64,000 nt of DNA from Eledone cirrhosa (lineage: Eukaryota), in contig OZ024742.1 of NCBI GenBank assembly GCA_964016885.1, forward strand, positions 75,640,001 through 75,704,000, in the 5' to 3' direction. Below the pieces are notes generated by a model. It searched no databases and was not told where the DNA came from. It worked only from the letters and a program-made list of their open reading frames with translations. Both the position numbers and the translations under genes were made by a program. Every line of letters begins with the position of its first letter. Position 1 is the first letter of the stretch. Positions 39,275 through 51,639 of the stretch are shown here, piece by piece.

Positions 39275-40927
39275 CTCCTGAACAAAGCATTAATATTTGC
39301 TAAAAATAGATCTAATTTAACTTCGGATGACATTAACATTATTACACATGCTAGACAAACACTTATTGAATTTCAGAATGAATACTGGACCAGAAACACA
39401 TACAGTAATCTTTTTGATATTACTATGGGTTCAAGCGATTCCGCCCAAATTACTGATCTTGTGGGCCTCTTTCTCCTTTTCAACATAAATGCCTCTTTTC
39501 CCCACCTCAAAGGTGGTTTATATCGTGATGACTGTCTTCTTCTTTCTAACAACCTTAGCCTTTCAGAAATCGAAAAAAACAAAAAGCATATTAGAACTTT
39601 CCTTAAAGACTATTATAATCTTAATATTACTTTTGAAAAAACAAGTAAAGTAGTAAATTTCCTAGATATAACTTTAGATTTAGCTACGGGTATATACCAA
39701 CCTTACCATAAACCTAACCAAAACTTACATTACATACACTCACAATCTAATCACCCTAAATCTATCCTTAAAAACCTTGCATATAATATATCACTTAGAA
39801 TTTCTAACCTTTCTTCTAACCAAGATGTATTTGATAAAAATGCGACCTTTTATAATGAAGCTCTAGATAGAAGTGGCCACAAAAATAGATTACAGTATAT
39901 ATCTTCTACTAAAAATACTGAAAGCATACAGCATAATATTACCAACAAACACCAAATGAAAAGTACACACCTAAATGCCACCCACAGTATACCCCAAAAT
40001 ACTAAATCTTCTAATATAAAGTATAGTAACCCTCAAAAAACTACTCATCATACAACTATAATAAATATTAATAATAAAACTCCTAATAAAAAAGATAAAA
40101 CACCTAAATCTACAAATATAACTAAAAATAGTTGTGGTGAGATCATTAACATTAATCCTCCTAGTAAAAATCATGATACAACATATAAAAATAATAAAAA
40201 TAATAAACAACATAGAAACCGTAATAGACGAGTTACTTGGTATAATGCTCCTTTTAATTTACAAGTTAAGGATAATATTGCTAAAAAATTTTTTTATATC
40301 CTTGAGAAAAACTTCCCGCCAAACCACAAATACCATCAAATCTTAAATAGGTCTACAGTTAAATTCTCATACTCTACAACAAATAACATAAAACAAAATA
40401 TAAGTGCATATAATGCATATAAATGTAAGAAAACCATAAGTATACCACCAGTACATCAAATTAACAATAATATCTCCTCAAATACAGAATTAACGAAAGG
40501 ATGTAACTGTAGAAACAAAACAAACTGCCCATTAAAAGGGAATTGTCTTGTTAACAACATAGTCTATAAATGTAATGTTAAAACTAAAGATTCTATTTGC
40601 TCATATATAGGAGCTACCTCTAACAATTTTAAGACAAGGTATAATACCCACAAACATAGCTTTAAAAATGCCGCACTGGCTAATACAACATCTCTAGCAG
40701 AAAAAATCAATAGTTATAAAAATAAAAATATAAAATATGATTTGACCTGGAGTGTGCTCAAAAGAGCCACCCCTTATCAAAATAATAGAAAGGAATGTAG
40801 ATTATGTTCCCAAGAACTATTTGAAATAATGAAGTCTAGGGATATCTTATTAAATAAAAGACAGGAATTAATTATATCGTGTAATCATAAACTAAAAAAA
40901 ACATTTAAATATTATAAACCTAATTAA
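39275..40927 (+). CDS. 5'-truncated PLE polyprotein: RT, Asn/Lys/Thr-rich linker, Cys-rich motif and GIY-YIG endonuclease (resembles the Hydra group of PLEs)
   Basis: LLNKALIFAK, FDITMGSSDSAQITDLVG, GLYRDD, VNFLDITLDL, YIHSQSNHP, WYNAPF, CNCRNKTNCPLKGNC, NIVYKC..YIGAT..FKTRYNTH, CRLCSQE, LLNKRQE; no stops; lacks RT motif A and a start. Confidence 0.9.
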   Translation, partial: LLNKALIFAKNRSNLTSDDINIITHARQTLIEFQNEYWTRNTYSNLFDITMGSSDSAQITDLVGLFLLFNINASFPHLKGGLYRDDCLLLSNNLSLSEIEKNKKHIRTFLKDYYNLNITFEKTSKVVNFLDITLDLATGIYQPYHKPNQNLHYIHSQSNHPKSILKNLAYNISLRISNLSSNQDVFDKNATFYNEALDRSGHKNRLQYISSTKNTESIQHNITNKHQMKSTHLNATHSIPQNTKSSNIKYSNPQKTTHHTTIININNKTPNKKDKTPKSTNITKNSCGEIININPPSKNHDTTYKNNKNNKQHRNRNRRVTWYNAPFNLQVKDNIAKKFFYILEKNFPPNHKYHQILNRSTVKFSYSTTNNIKQNISAYNAYKCKKTISIPPVHQINNNISSNTELTKGCNCRNKTNCPLKGNCLVNNIVYKCNVKTKDSICSYIGATSNNFKTRYNTHKHSFKNAALANTTSLAEKINSYKNKNIKYDLTWSVLKRATPYQNNRKECRLCSQELFEIMKSRDILLNKRQELIISCNHKLKKTFKYYKPN

Positions 40928-42671
40928 TAACATTATTCTAGAATTTAATTTAATTTAAATGTTAGTTAACCTATAAATTTAATTTAATTAATATTTTATT
41001 ACAGATGAGAAAATATTATGTAATCATAAATTTTGAAAAACCTTTAAATATTACTAATATATACTCAGTAATTTAATTTATAGATTAATTTTAATTTATT
41101 TTAACCTTTTATTATAATTTTTTTTTTTTGTTTTTATTATAATTCTTTTACAGATAAAATATAACAAAATAATATCATGTATCCAATGACGGAGAAAGAA
41201 TTTTTAGTATTATAGACCTAATTAATATACATTTTGGAAATATATTTATTATTTGGTTTTAGTTTTAATCAACCTAAAACTTTAATTTTAATTTGCTTAA
41301 AATTAGTATCCTTGTACAGACGAATTGCAGAATGTCATGTAATCATAGAATGGGATGTGTTTTGGATATATACCTAGTTAATATATTCTGTGCAATTTTT
41401 TGAAAAAGATATGTATATCTATATGTATATGTATATGTGTGTGTTCTATGTGTATCTGTATGTATATTTATGTGAGTATATATGTATATATGTGTATATA
41501 TATGTATATATATATATATATGTGTGTATATGTATATGTATGTGTATGTGTATGTATATGTATATGTATGCGTATTAATTTTGATTTTTATTTGCATATA
41601 ATTATATTATGCTATTGATGAAATACAATATCTGCTTTATGTATTGTATACCTAATTAACATATACTAATTAACGTATACTATTGAAATAAATATATAAT
41701 TTTTAATTTAGTTAACATATAATTTATATGCTACTACCGATGTAATACTTTATTTTATTTTTATTTGGGTTTCTTTTCCCTATTACTAAATTCATCTCCT
41801 AATATTGATACCATAACGTTATTAACTTTAATTTAGTTATAATGTAATTAATAATCTACTACTGTTTGACTTCATAATTCTGCTTCAAATATTATAAACC
41901 TAACTAATTTACACCTTGGAAATCAATATGTTGACTATCTTTGGTTTAGTTAACATATGATTAATGGTATACTTTTTTGTTTTGAGATGCATAGATTTCG
42001 TATTTCCTAGCACTGAAAATATGTAAGAACATACATTGAATTAAGATACGGAAAATATTATATGTTTCTTGAAACATATATTTACTTTGATCCCCTTCTC
42101 CAAACCCCCCCTTTCCCCCATACTATTATCATCTGTTTTTGTAAGCGTATATGTATGAATATATGTGTAGGTGGGTGTCTATATAGGTTTTGGTATTTAT
42201 TTCTAAATATAAAAATACATATATGAGCATGTAAATATGAATGTAAGATTGAGTGTGTATATATGATCGTACATACATATGTATGTATATATATGTATAT
42301 ATATGTATTATATATGTATGTGTATGTGAATGTGTGGTATGTATATGTGTATGTATATGTATATATGTGTATGTATGTGTATGCTTGTATATAGGAATAT
42401 ATGTATGTGTATATATGTATGTATATGTATATGCGTGTTTGTATGTATGTGTATATGGGTTCTGTATATATTTGTATGTCTCTCTATTTATATGTTTATC
42501 TTCGTATCTATGTGATATATGTGTGTGTGTGTGCACGTATGCATATGTATGTGTTTGTGTGTGTTTGTATGTGTGTGTGTATATATATGTGTATTTGCGC
42601 ACACTCACATACACATATATATATATATATATGTGAGTGTGTATGTGTGTCTGTGTGTGTGTGTGTGTGTG

Positions 42672-42719
<48 letters not shown>

Positions 42720-42867
42720 GATATATATATATATATATATATATGTGTATATAGGTGTCTATGTGTGAATATATGTCTTTTCGTATGTGTGTATTTATGT
42801 ATGTATATATTTATGTGTATGTATGTATGTGTATGTATGTATGTATATATATATATATATGTATATA

Positions 42868-42900
<33 letters not shown>

Positions 42901-43238
42901 TATTCTTTATTATTATTGTAATATAACTTATGTGTATATGTGTATAAGTGAGGTTGTGTTTGTATATATACTATGTATATATATAAGAGTAATGAAATAT
43001 ATATATATATATATATATATATGTGCATGTCTGTTTTTTATGTGTGTGTATATATAAATATATATGTATGTGTATATATGTATATATATATATATGTGTA
43101 CGTGTGTGTATGTGGATATATATATATATATATATATATACATGTGGGTGTTTGTATGTGTATTTATGGTGGTATGAGTGTGGGGATATATATGTTTATA
43201 TATATATATATGTATATGTATATATATATATGAGTCTA

Positions 43239-43269
<31 letters not shown>

Positions 43270-43270
<1 letters not shown>

Positions 43271-43432
43271 ACGAAGGAAATGTGGTAAGGAACCAGGTGG
43301 ACCATAACGCACCAAAGTACTCAATACTTGAGGTAGTAGAGTGGGTAATAGGAACCAGTAAGACCCCGACAGCTGAGCTCAAGCCGCCTCGGTCGAGGCG
43401 GCTTGAGCTCAGCTGTCGGGGTCTTACTGGTT

Positions 43433-43436
<4 letters not shown>
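43270..43436. mobile_element. Hairpin mini-element copy C, present only in the right palindrome arm
   Basis: Homologous to 26729-26930; the mirror site ~35262-35302 is plain (TA)n. Confidence 0.88.
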
Positions 43437-43467
<31 letters not shown>

Positions 43468-44244
43468 ATGTGTGTATGTGTTGCGCGTGAGTGTGTGTGT
43501 ATTTATATCTTTTTATATGTGTATGTGTATGTTCGTGTAAATGTATGTGTGTGTATGACTGTATAGGTATGTGTGTATGTATGTATGTGTAGATATCTCT
43601 ATGTGCGCGTACATGTATGTATGTGTATGTATATCTGTATGTGTATGTACATTATATTATATTTATTATATTTTATTGTTTTTATTTATTTATTTTTTTA
43701 TTTTTCTTAATTTATAGATACATTTATATTAGGCAGTCTGGTCTGACAATCTAATACTGACCCCTCCCCCCCCCTCCCACCTAATTTCTGTATCTTGATC
43801 TTGAAATGTGTGTGCCAGTGTTTTTATGTGAGTGACTTAATTTCTATTTGCTTATGATTTTATATCCACATATAGAAATGTGAGTGGGGGAGTGTGTGTG
43901 TTTGTATGTTCGTGGTTATGTGTATATTTATGCATATACGCACATGTATGTGTGATTATACTGATATGTGTGAGTATGAAAAAAATATATTTATATGCTT
44001 GACTCCATAAGTATCATTGCGTATCTTATCAGCGCATTAAGCTTACAGAGATATTAACCTTGAAATTTTGTGTTTGCATCCATCTTTTTAGTATGCACAT
44101 ACAAATTATACACACATTATTGTAAAATATGTGTAAGGTTTTTACATGTATATACACACACCAAACTGCTTTTAACCCTTTGTGTTTTCATTGGTCAATT
44201 TTGAACTGATATTTTGAATTGTTGTTATTATCAATAAATATACT

Positions 44245-44397
44245 TCATTATTTCTGAAGACGGCGTATATATGAGTTAGGTATGTATATTTAATCTTGAT
44301 AATTTGTATAATTTTGTATAATTTTGTACATAGATCTGTTAAATATGCATACCAATTATAACACATATATACCCTAGAAACGATCGTTAAATAGTGA
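44245..44397 (+). ncRNA. Type I hammerhead with a helix II of about 115 nt, near the PLE 3' end
   Basis: UCAUUAUUU CUGAAGA CGGCGUAUAUAUG..CAUAUAUACCCUA GAAA CGAUCG UU/AAAUAGUGA; 9-bp helix I, palindromic helix III. Confidence 0.7.
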
Positions 44398-44583
44398 ACT
44401 TTTTTTGTTTAATATAAGGAATTGTTTGTTCATTATTTGTTTAATATTTTATCTTGACTCTGTATACCGTTTATCTTTCACCGAAAGTGGATTTTCATTA
44501 CATCTCTTCTTTCCATGATATCCGGAATACATTGAGTTCTTCATACGGATTGGACACTACCGTAAACTCTTGGTAGATTTATC

Positions 44584-44691
<108 letters not shown>

Positions 44692-45245
44692 CAAGCTGAG
44701 GTACCCAGCTTCGCCAAGGTTTAAAAATAAGAGAAAACCAGCAGAAGAGAAAACGTCTGTAGTGAATGCATTGTCTTGTTTACAGTGTGTGTGTATTGTG
44801 TGTGTGTGTGTGTGTGTGCATGTGTATGTGTGTATTTCTGTATATATATATGTGTGTGTGTGTGTGTGAGTGTTCGTGTGTGTGTGTGTGTCTGTGTGAG
44901 TGTTCGTGTGTGTGCGTGTGCATGTGCGCGTGTGTGTGTGTAAACTACCGTTGGAATCGGAGACATAGGCCGCGAAACACGATCATCACTGACAACGAAC
45001 TAGCAGAGAGAATCCCTTAAGATTGATTCCCAACCTGTTAGAAATAGCAACCAGGTTGGTTAGCATACGTGGTATGTCTTTTTTCTTCTTTTGCGTTATA
45101 AAATTAGTAACAATAAACTTTCCTGAGATAAGAGTATTCTCTTATCCCAATCATGTACATACTTTCCGATTGTCACTTTTCGTTATTTCGTGTGATACGC
45201 CAACCAACCAACCAACAAACATGTCTCTTTTATATTATGTATAGG
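44692..45245 (-). mobile_element. Non-autonomous Helitron-like element
   Basis: Minus-strand 5' CCTATACATAATATAAAAGAG..(GTTG)n and 3' short hairpin then CTTG (CTRR-like). Confidence 0.55.
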
Positions 45246-45563
45246 TTACTATATCTCTTTATTTGTTCATTCAAAATATTTTACAGCTAATTTTGTCGTA
45301 CAATATACACCAGCAATCGTTATCTAATGTTCAAAACATATGAAAAGCTGCAATATATGCACCATATCAATCCAAAACGATATGAAATTTGAATACCATA
45401 CTAAAGCGCCGGTAAGCTTGCTAAGAACATGCAGATAGAAATGTTAATAAATACAACATTTGGCTTGGGTAAACTTTAATATGTTATTTCATTGTAGGTT
45501 TCTTTTCCTCTTTCTCTCCTTCCTTTCCTCTTCCTTCTTTATCCCACCCCATCCTTCTCTCTC

Positions 45564-45595
<32 letters not shown>

Positions 45596-46059
45596 AATAT
45601 ATATATAAATATATATATAAATATATATATATATATATTATATATATATAATGGAAATTCGAAGTAACAGAAAATACATAAATTACATTGTTAAATCCTC
45701 AGAGTATACAATACTTTTTGTTCGGCCCTCGGGAGCAAAGAAATTGTTTGGCGAGCTCACCTTAGAGCATCCTACATACAATTGACCATGGTTTTCCCAG
45801 ATGAAGGCCAGCCGCTTTTAGGGTTTGACCCTGAACTTTGTTGATGGTAATCGCGCAGCTTAGTCTCTCTGTTGCTCTAGTAACATTTTTTCTTCTGGAA
45901 AATCTGATCTTGCTCCCAGATTAGGACATTTCGGGCAGTAACAATGACAATAAGTCGTCTTTGCTTTCGTGAAATAAATACGTTTGTTTATATGTTGTTT
46001 TTGTGTATGCAAACATATCTGTACAATAATATATAATTAGATATATATATATATATTAA

Positions 46060-46403
46060 AATAACAGATTCAAGTTTAAGCAAATAATCGCTGCTTTCAC
46101 CCTTAACGGGATCTTCTGAAACTAAAAAAAGTAAATATTTCGAAAAACGTTGCAACCGAAAGAAAACAGGAAGATGATACTTTGGTTCGTGAAGACGTTA
46201 GGAGTGTTGTATAACCGGAAGTGTTGACATTTGACAAATTTAAAGAAGTGAATATTTAAATAATGTCTTTAATCTTTTAACAAAATACTCTCACTTTTTT
46301 ACTTGGAAAAAGTTACATCTATCGTGCAAATTTGGTGCTGTTGGTCCAGCCGTTTGGTGGAAAGTTTGTTACCTACATACGACCGTCAACTTTATAGTAT
46401 AGA
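46060..46403 (-). mobile_element. 5' part of a second non-autonomous Helitron-like element
   Basis: Starts TCTATACTATAAAG; contains ACGGCTGGACC..CCAAATTTG typical of such elements. Confidence 0.5.
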
Positions 46404-46625
46404 TAAGCAAATGAATGAAGGAGTTACAAGCCGGTAGAACAAGTTCTTATATAAGTCTTACACATGTTTCGCCCACAAGCTGTCCTCAGAGAAATAATTG
46501 ATTATATAATGTCATCAATACGTATAAATACCGTTGATTCTCAACGGTATTTATAACATGTATAAGAGTTATATAAAGAACTTGTTTTAACGGTTTGTAA
46601 CTCCTTCATTCATTCATTTACTTAT
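46403..46625. mobile_element. Small diverged fold-back element with a degenerate hammerhead (minus strand ~46455-46492)
   Basis: Inverted arms AATGAATGAAGGAGTTACAA / TTGTAACTCCTTCATTCATT; inner hairpin TAAATACCGTTGA/TCAACGGTATTTA; CUGAGGA..GAAACAUGU. Confidence 0.55.
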
Positions 46626-47148
46626 TCCTGCTCTGCTTGAACACTATACTAAATATTAAATTTTCTCTAATATTTAACTTTGCTAACTCAAGTATTGAGC
46701 ACACTCCACTTCGGCTATTGGCATTTAGTAATCTGTATCGCACTTCTCTGTATCTCTCTGTTTCCTCCTCCCCTTCCATACTTATACCCTATAATATACA
46801 TATATATATATATAAATCCGGATAGAAATAGTTTGAAATTTAAATCATTACGCAACAGAGCACGTGATTCTTACGGTGGTTCAGTATGGCTATATTATAA
46901 TTAGTCGAGACCCGGCGGCTGAGTCCTTGTCTGGAATTAGCTGAGTACAGGCATGGAACTAACTGTTTACACGGTATGAGCTCAGCCGTTGGGTTGCGAC
47001 TCTTTATAATATATATAGGGACAGTGGAAAAAATAGAGGAAATTAGGGCTATTAAATCGGTTTTGGTAGTAAATTAAGGCTGGGGATAAAACACGGCTGC
47101 AGTCGGTAACATACACAAAAATAACAAAATTATACATACATAAATACA

Positions 47149-47184
<36 letters not shown>

Positions 47185-47227
47185 CATATATATATATACA
47201 TACATATATATACATATATATATATAC

Positions 47228-47268
<41 letters not shown>

Positions 47269-47297
47269 CATATATATACATATATATATATACATAC

Positions 47298-47344
<47 letters not shown>

Positions 47345-47349
47345 TATAC

Positions 47350-47390
<41 letters not shown>

Positions 47391-47395
47391 TATAC

Positions 47396-47428
<33 letters not shown>

Positions 47429-47439
47429 CATATATATAC

Positions 47440-47485
<46 letters not shown>

Positions 47486-47486
47486 G

Positions 47487-47517
<31 letters not shown>

Positions 47518-47538
47518 GTATATATATATATGTATATA

Positions 47539-47608
<70 letters not shown>

Positions 47609-47676
47609 TGTACATATATGTATATATATATATGTATATATATATATATGTATATATATACATATATATATATATA

Positions 47677-47890
47677 TGTGAGAAAAACCACAGACCCTCC
47701 ATCTCAACTCACCTTTTGAAAAGCAGAAGAACTGCGAAACCGGTAAAGGAACCAAATAAATATATATATTTAAAAAAAAAAAAATAAACTTCAGTTGCAT
47801 TTTCGATTTCATCCCTTTTTCTTTATACTTCCACTCGTGTAGGACACCTCGGTTATTTTTCATTTTGTAAAAAAAACGTCACTTTCTAAT
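47677..47890 (+). mobile_element. Solo pseudo-LTR fragment of the 23-26 kb PLE family in (TA)n
   Basis: Reverse complement of ~23208-23412. Confidence 0.82.
47712..47749 (+). ncRNA. Hammerhead ribozyme, U3-A8 core variant
   Basis: CCUU UUGAAAA GCAG-AAGAA-CUGC GAAA CCGG UA/AAGG. Confidence 0.72.
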
Positions 47891-47893
47891 ATA

Positions 47894-48037
<144 letters not shown>

Positions 48038-48084
48038 CATATATATATATATACATATATATATCTAAACATATATATATATAC

Positions 48085-48115
<31 letters not shown>

Positions 48116-48153
48116 CATATATATATATACATTATATATTTATATATGAAAAT

Positions 48154-48319
48154 GGATAACCCCGGCGGCACAGCTCGAATCGTTTCGACGGCTAGCCGTC
48201 GATACGGCTTCAGCTCTACCGTTGGGGTGAAACGTTTCCCTACTACCCACTCTACTACCCTACGTATTGAGTACTCTGGTGCGTTATGGTCCATCTGGTT
48301 CCTCAACACATTTCCTTCG

Positions 48320-48322
<3 letters not shown>
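48154..48322. mobile_element. Hairpin mini-element copy D (diverged)
   Basis: Same tail as copies A-C; centre GACGGC-TA-GCCGTC. Confidence 0.78.
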
Positions 48323-48400
<78 letters not shown>

Positions 48401-48594
48401 GATAAATCTACCAAAGGTTTACGGTAGTGTCCAATCCGTATGAAGAACTCAATGTAATCCGGATATCATGAAAAGAAGAGGTGCATTCAAAAATCACTTT
48501 CGGTGAAAGATAAACGGAATACAGAGTCAAGATAAATTATTAAAAAAATAATGAATAAACAAAGAAACAGTTCCTTATATTAAACAAAAAAAGT

Positions 48595-48735
48595 TCATTA
48601 TTTTACGATCGTTTCTAGGACATATATGTGTTAGAATTGGTATGCATATTCAAAAGATCCATGTACAAAATGATACAAACTATCAAAGAGAATATACATA
48701 CCTTCACATATATATGCTGTCTTCAGAAATAATGA
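48595..48735 (-). ncRNA. Hammerhead with extended helix II (sister of 44245-44397)
   Basis: UCAUUAUUU CUGAAGA CAGCAUAUAU..AUAUAUGUCCUA GAAA CGAUCG UA/AAAUAAUGA. Confidence 0.68.
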
Positions 48736-49554
48736 TGCATATTTATTGATAATAACAACAATTCAAAATTACAGGTCTGTTTGGGAACAGATTTTAAATA
48801 GACCAATGAAATACATAAAAATTTATCAAGAAAATACAGTTAGGTGTGTGTATATATTCATGTAAATCCGTTCACAGATGTGCATAAAAGTGTATGTTCA
48901 TATGTATACGTATGTTGAAAAAGTGTATGTAAATATAAAAGTTTAGGGCTAATGTATCTGTATGTCTACAATCTACAGACAGAATATACATATATACATA
49001 TATATATATATACACACATACATGCATACACATACATACATATATACATATACACACATATATATATATATATACACATACATACACACACACATACATA
49101 TATATTATTATTATAAATATATGGATATTGAGGCGCTCACATAAACACGCCCACACACACTTACATTTAGATGCAGAAGTAAAGGAGGTAAGGGAGTAAG
49201 TAATTAAAGGAAAGTGTCAATCTCGACATACTTATAAAAATGTATCCATAAAATTAGAAATAAAAAATTTTTTTTATAGAAGGAAAAAACTCAAAAAAGG
49301 GGGAACAAAAAATAGGGGGGGGGTACGTACATACACAGACGCGAATGTCTCACAAAAGAAATATAAAAAAACATAAAAGAGAGACATAAAATATACATGC
49401 TTATATACATACGCACATTTACACATCCATACGTTCGATACATACATACGTACACACACACATACACATACTTAACCTCACGCATATTGACCTGTTTGTA
49501 TGCATACACATAAAAATAAGTAAAACATATACCCATACATATAAATACACACCG

Positions 49555-49749
<195 letters not shown>

Positions 49750-49939
49750 TACCCATGTATATATACACAACCACACACACACAAACACTCAGACATACAT
49801 ATATATAGAGACATACACACACATATATATATATATATATATAAAATATAAATACACACAGTCAGACACATATACACATATATACACATACATACACACA
49901 ACTCTACAAATACATATACATACACATACATACATACAC

Positions 49940-49970
<31 letters not shown>

Positions 49971-51111
49971 CACTCATACACACACTTTTACATGCGCACA
50001 TATGTATTTTTATACTCGCATACAAACACACAAACATACATACACACTTACATACATATACATACATCCACGCTTACAAATACAAATAATTATGGGGGGG
50101 GGGGTTAAAATTATTAGTGGGAAATAGTAAATATATAGGTTTCAAGGAACATAGAATATTAATCTGCAGTTAAATCTTTATATGTGTTTACATAGTTGTA
50201 TCAGTTTTAGGAAATGGTATTTGTAAGAAAGAAGGCTAAATTATGTATGTTAATATAAGTAGAATATTAATTATAGGTTAACTAAAATAAAAAATAGTTA
50301 ATATATTAATTTCTAAGGTGTATACTACTTAGGTTTATCATATTTAAAGCGGAATTTTAAAGTTAAACAGTAGTAGAGTATTAATTATAGCATAACTAAA
50401 TTAAAAATAATTACATATATTAACATGATGGTATCAATTTTAGGAAATGAATTTTGTAATAGGGAAAGCTAAATTAAGTATTTCATCGGTAGTAGAATAT
50501 TAATTATAGGTTAACTAAATTAAAAATTATATATTAATTTCTATAGTATATGTTAATTAGGTTTATAATGATTAAAGCAAAATTTTGTATTTTATCTATA
50601 GTAGAATTTTAATTATAGGTTAACTAAATTAAAATTAATCTATATATTAACTTGTAAAGTGTATATTAATTAGGTATATATTTAAAAGTTTTTCTCAGTT
50701 TATGATTACACGATATTCTGCAATCCATCTGTATTAGAATTTTAATTATAAGCTAACTAAATTAAAATTATAGGTTAACTAAATTAAAATTAATTTATAT
50801 ATTAATTTCTAAATTGTATATTAATTAGGTTTATAATATTAAAAAGTATTTCTCCATTATTAATTTACACGATATTTTGTTGTATTTCATCTGTAAAAGA
50901 ATTTTAATAATAGGTTAAATAAACTAAAATTAATCTATATATTAATTTCCAAAGTATATATTAATTATGTTAATAATATTTAAATGTTTATCAGAGTTTA
51001 TGATTATACGATATTTTTTAATTTCATCTGTAGTAGAATTTTAATTAAATTAAAATTATAGGTTAACTACATTAAAATTAATTTATATATTAATTTCTAA
51101 AATATATATTA

Positions 51112-51639
51112 TTAATTAGGTTTATAATACTTAAATGTTTTTCTCAGTTTATGATTACACGATATAATTAATTCCTGTCGCTTATTTAATAGGATATCCT
51201 TAGATTTCATTATTTCAATTAGTTCTTGGGAACACAATCTACATTCATTTCTATTATTTTGATAAGGGGTGGCTCTTTTGAGCACACTCCAGGTCATATC
51301 ATATTCTATATTCTTATTTCTATGACTATTATTTTTTTCTGCTAGAGATGTTGTATTAGCCAGTGCGGCATTTTTAAAACTAGGTTTGTGGGTATTAAAC
51401 CTTACCTTAAAATTGTTAGAAGTAGCTCCTATATATGAGCAAATAGAATCCTTAGTTTTAACTTTACATTTATAAACTATGTTGTTAACAAGACAATTTC
51501 CTTTTAATGGGCAGTTTGCCTTGTTTCTACAGTTACAACCTTTCGTTAATTCTGTATTTGAGGAGATATTATGGTTAGTTTGATGTATTGGTGGTATACT
51601 TATGGTTTTTTTACATGTATATGCATTATAGGCACTTAT
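51112..51639 (-). pseudogene. GIY-YIG endonuclease portion of the PLE ORF (5'-truncated)
   Basis: ISAYNAY..CNCRNKANCPLKGNC..NIVYKC..YIGAT..CRLCSQE..FKYYKPN*, closely similar to the end of 39275-40927. Confidence 0.88.

Noticed and set aside
39273-39290. Apparent start MLCSGV for the 553-aa minus-strand ORF
   Set aside because: Created by reading across the palindrome spacer; the ORF is 5'-truncated
38210-40346. Duplicated small ORFs (69, 70 and 80 aa) on both strands
   Set aside because: Alternative-frame or antisense shadows of the PLE ORF, duplicated only because of the palindrome
34281-44452. Palindrome as a DNA transposon with giant TIRs (Foldback or Polinton type)
   Set aside because: The arms encode PLE RT and GIY-YIG, the ends are asymmetric and there is no transposase or integrase; fits retroelement fold-back
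45795-45850. CAGATGA..GAAC as another hammerhead
   Set aside because: Core is altered at both ends and helices I and III are unconvincing
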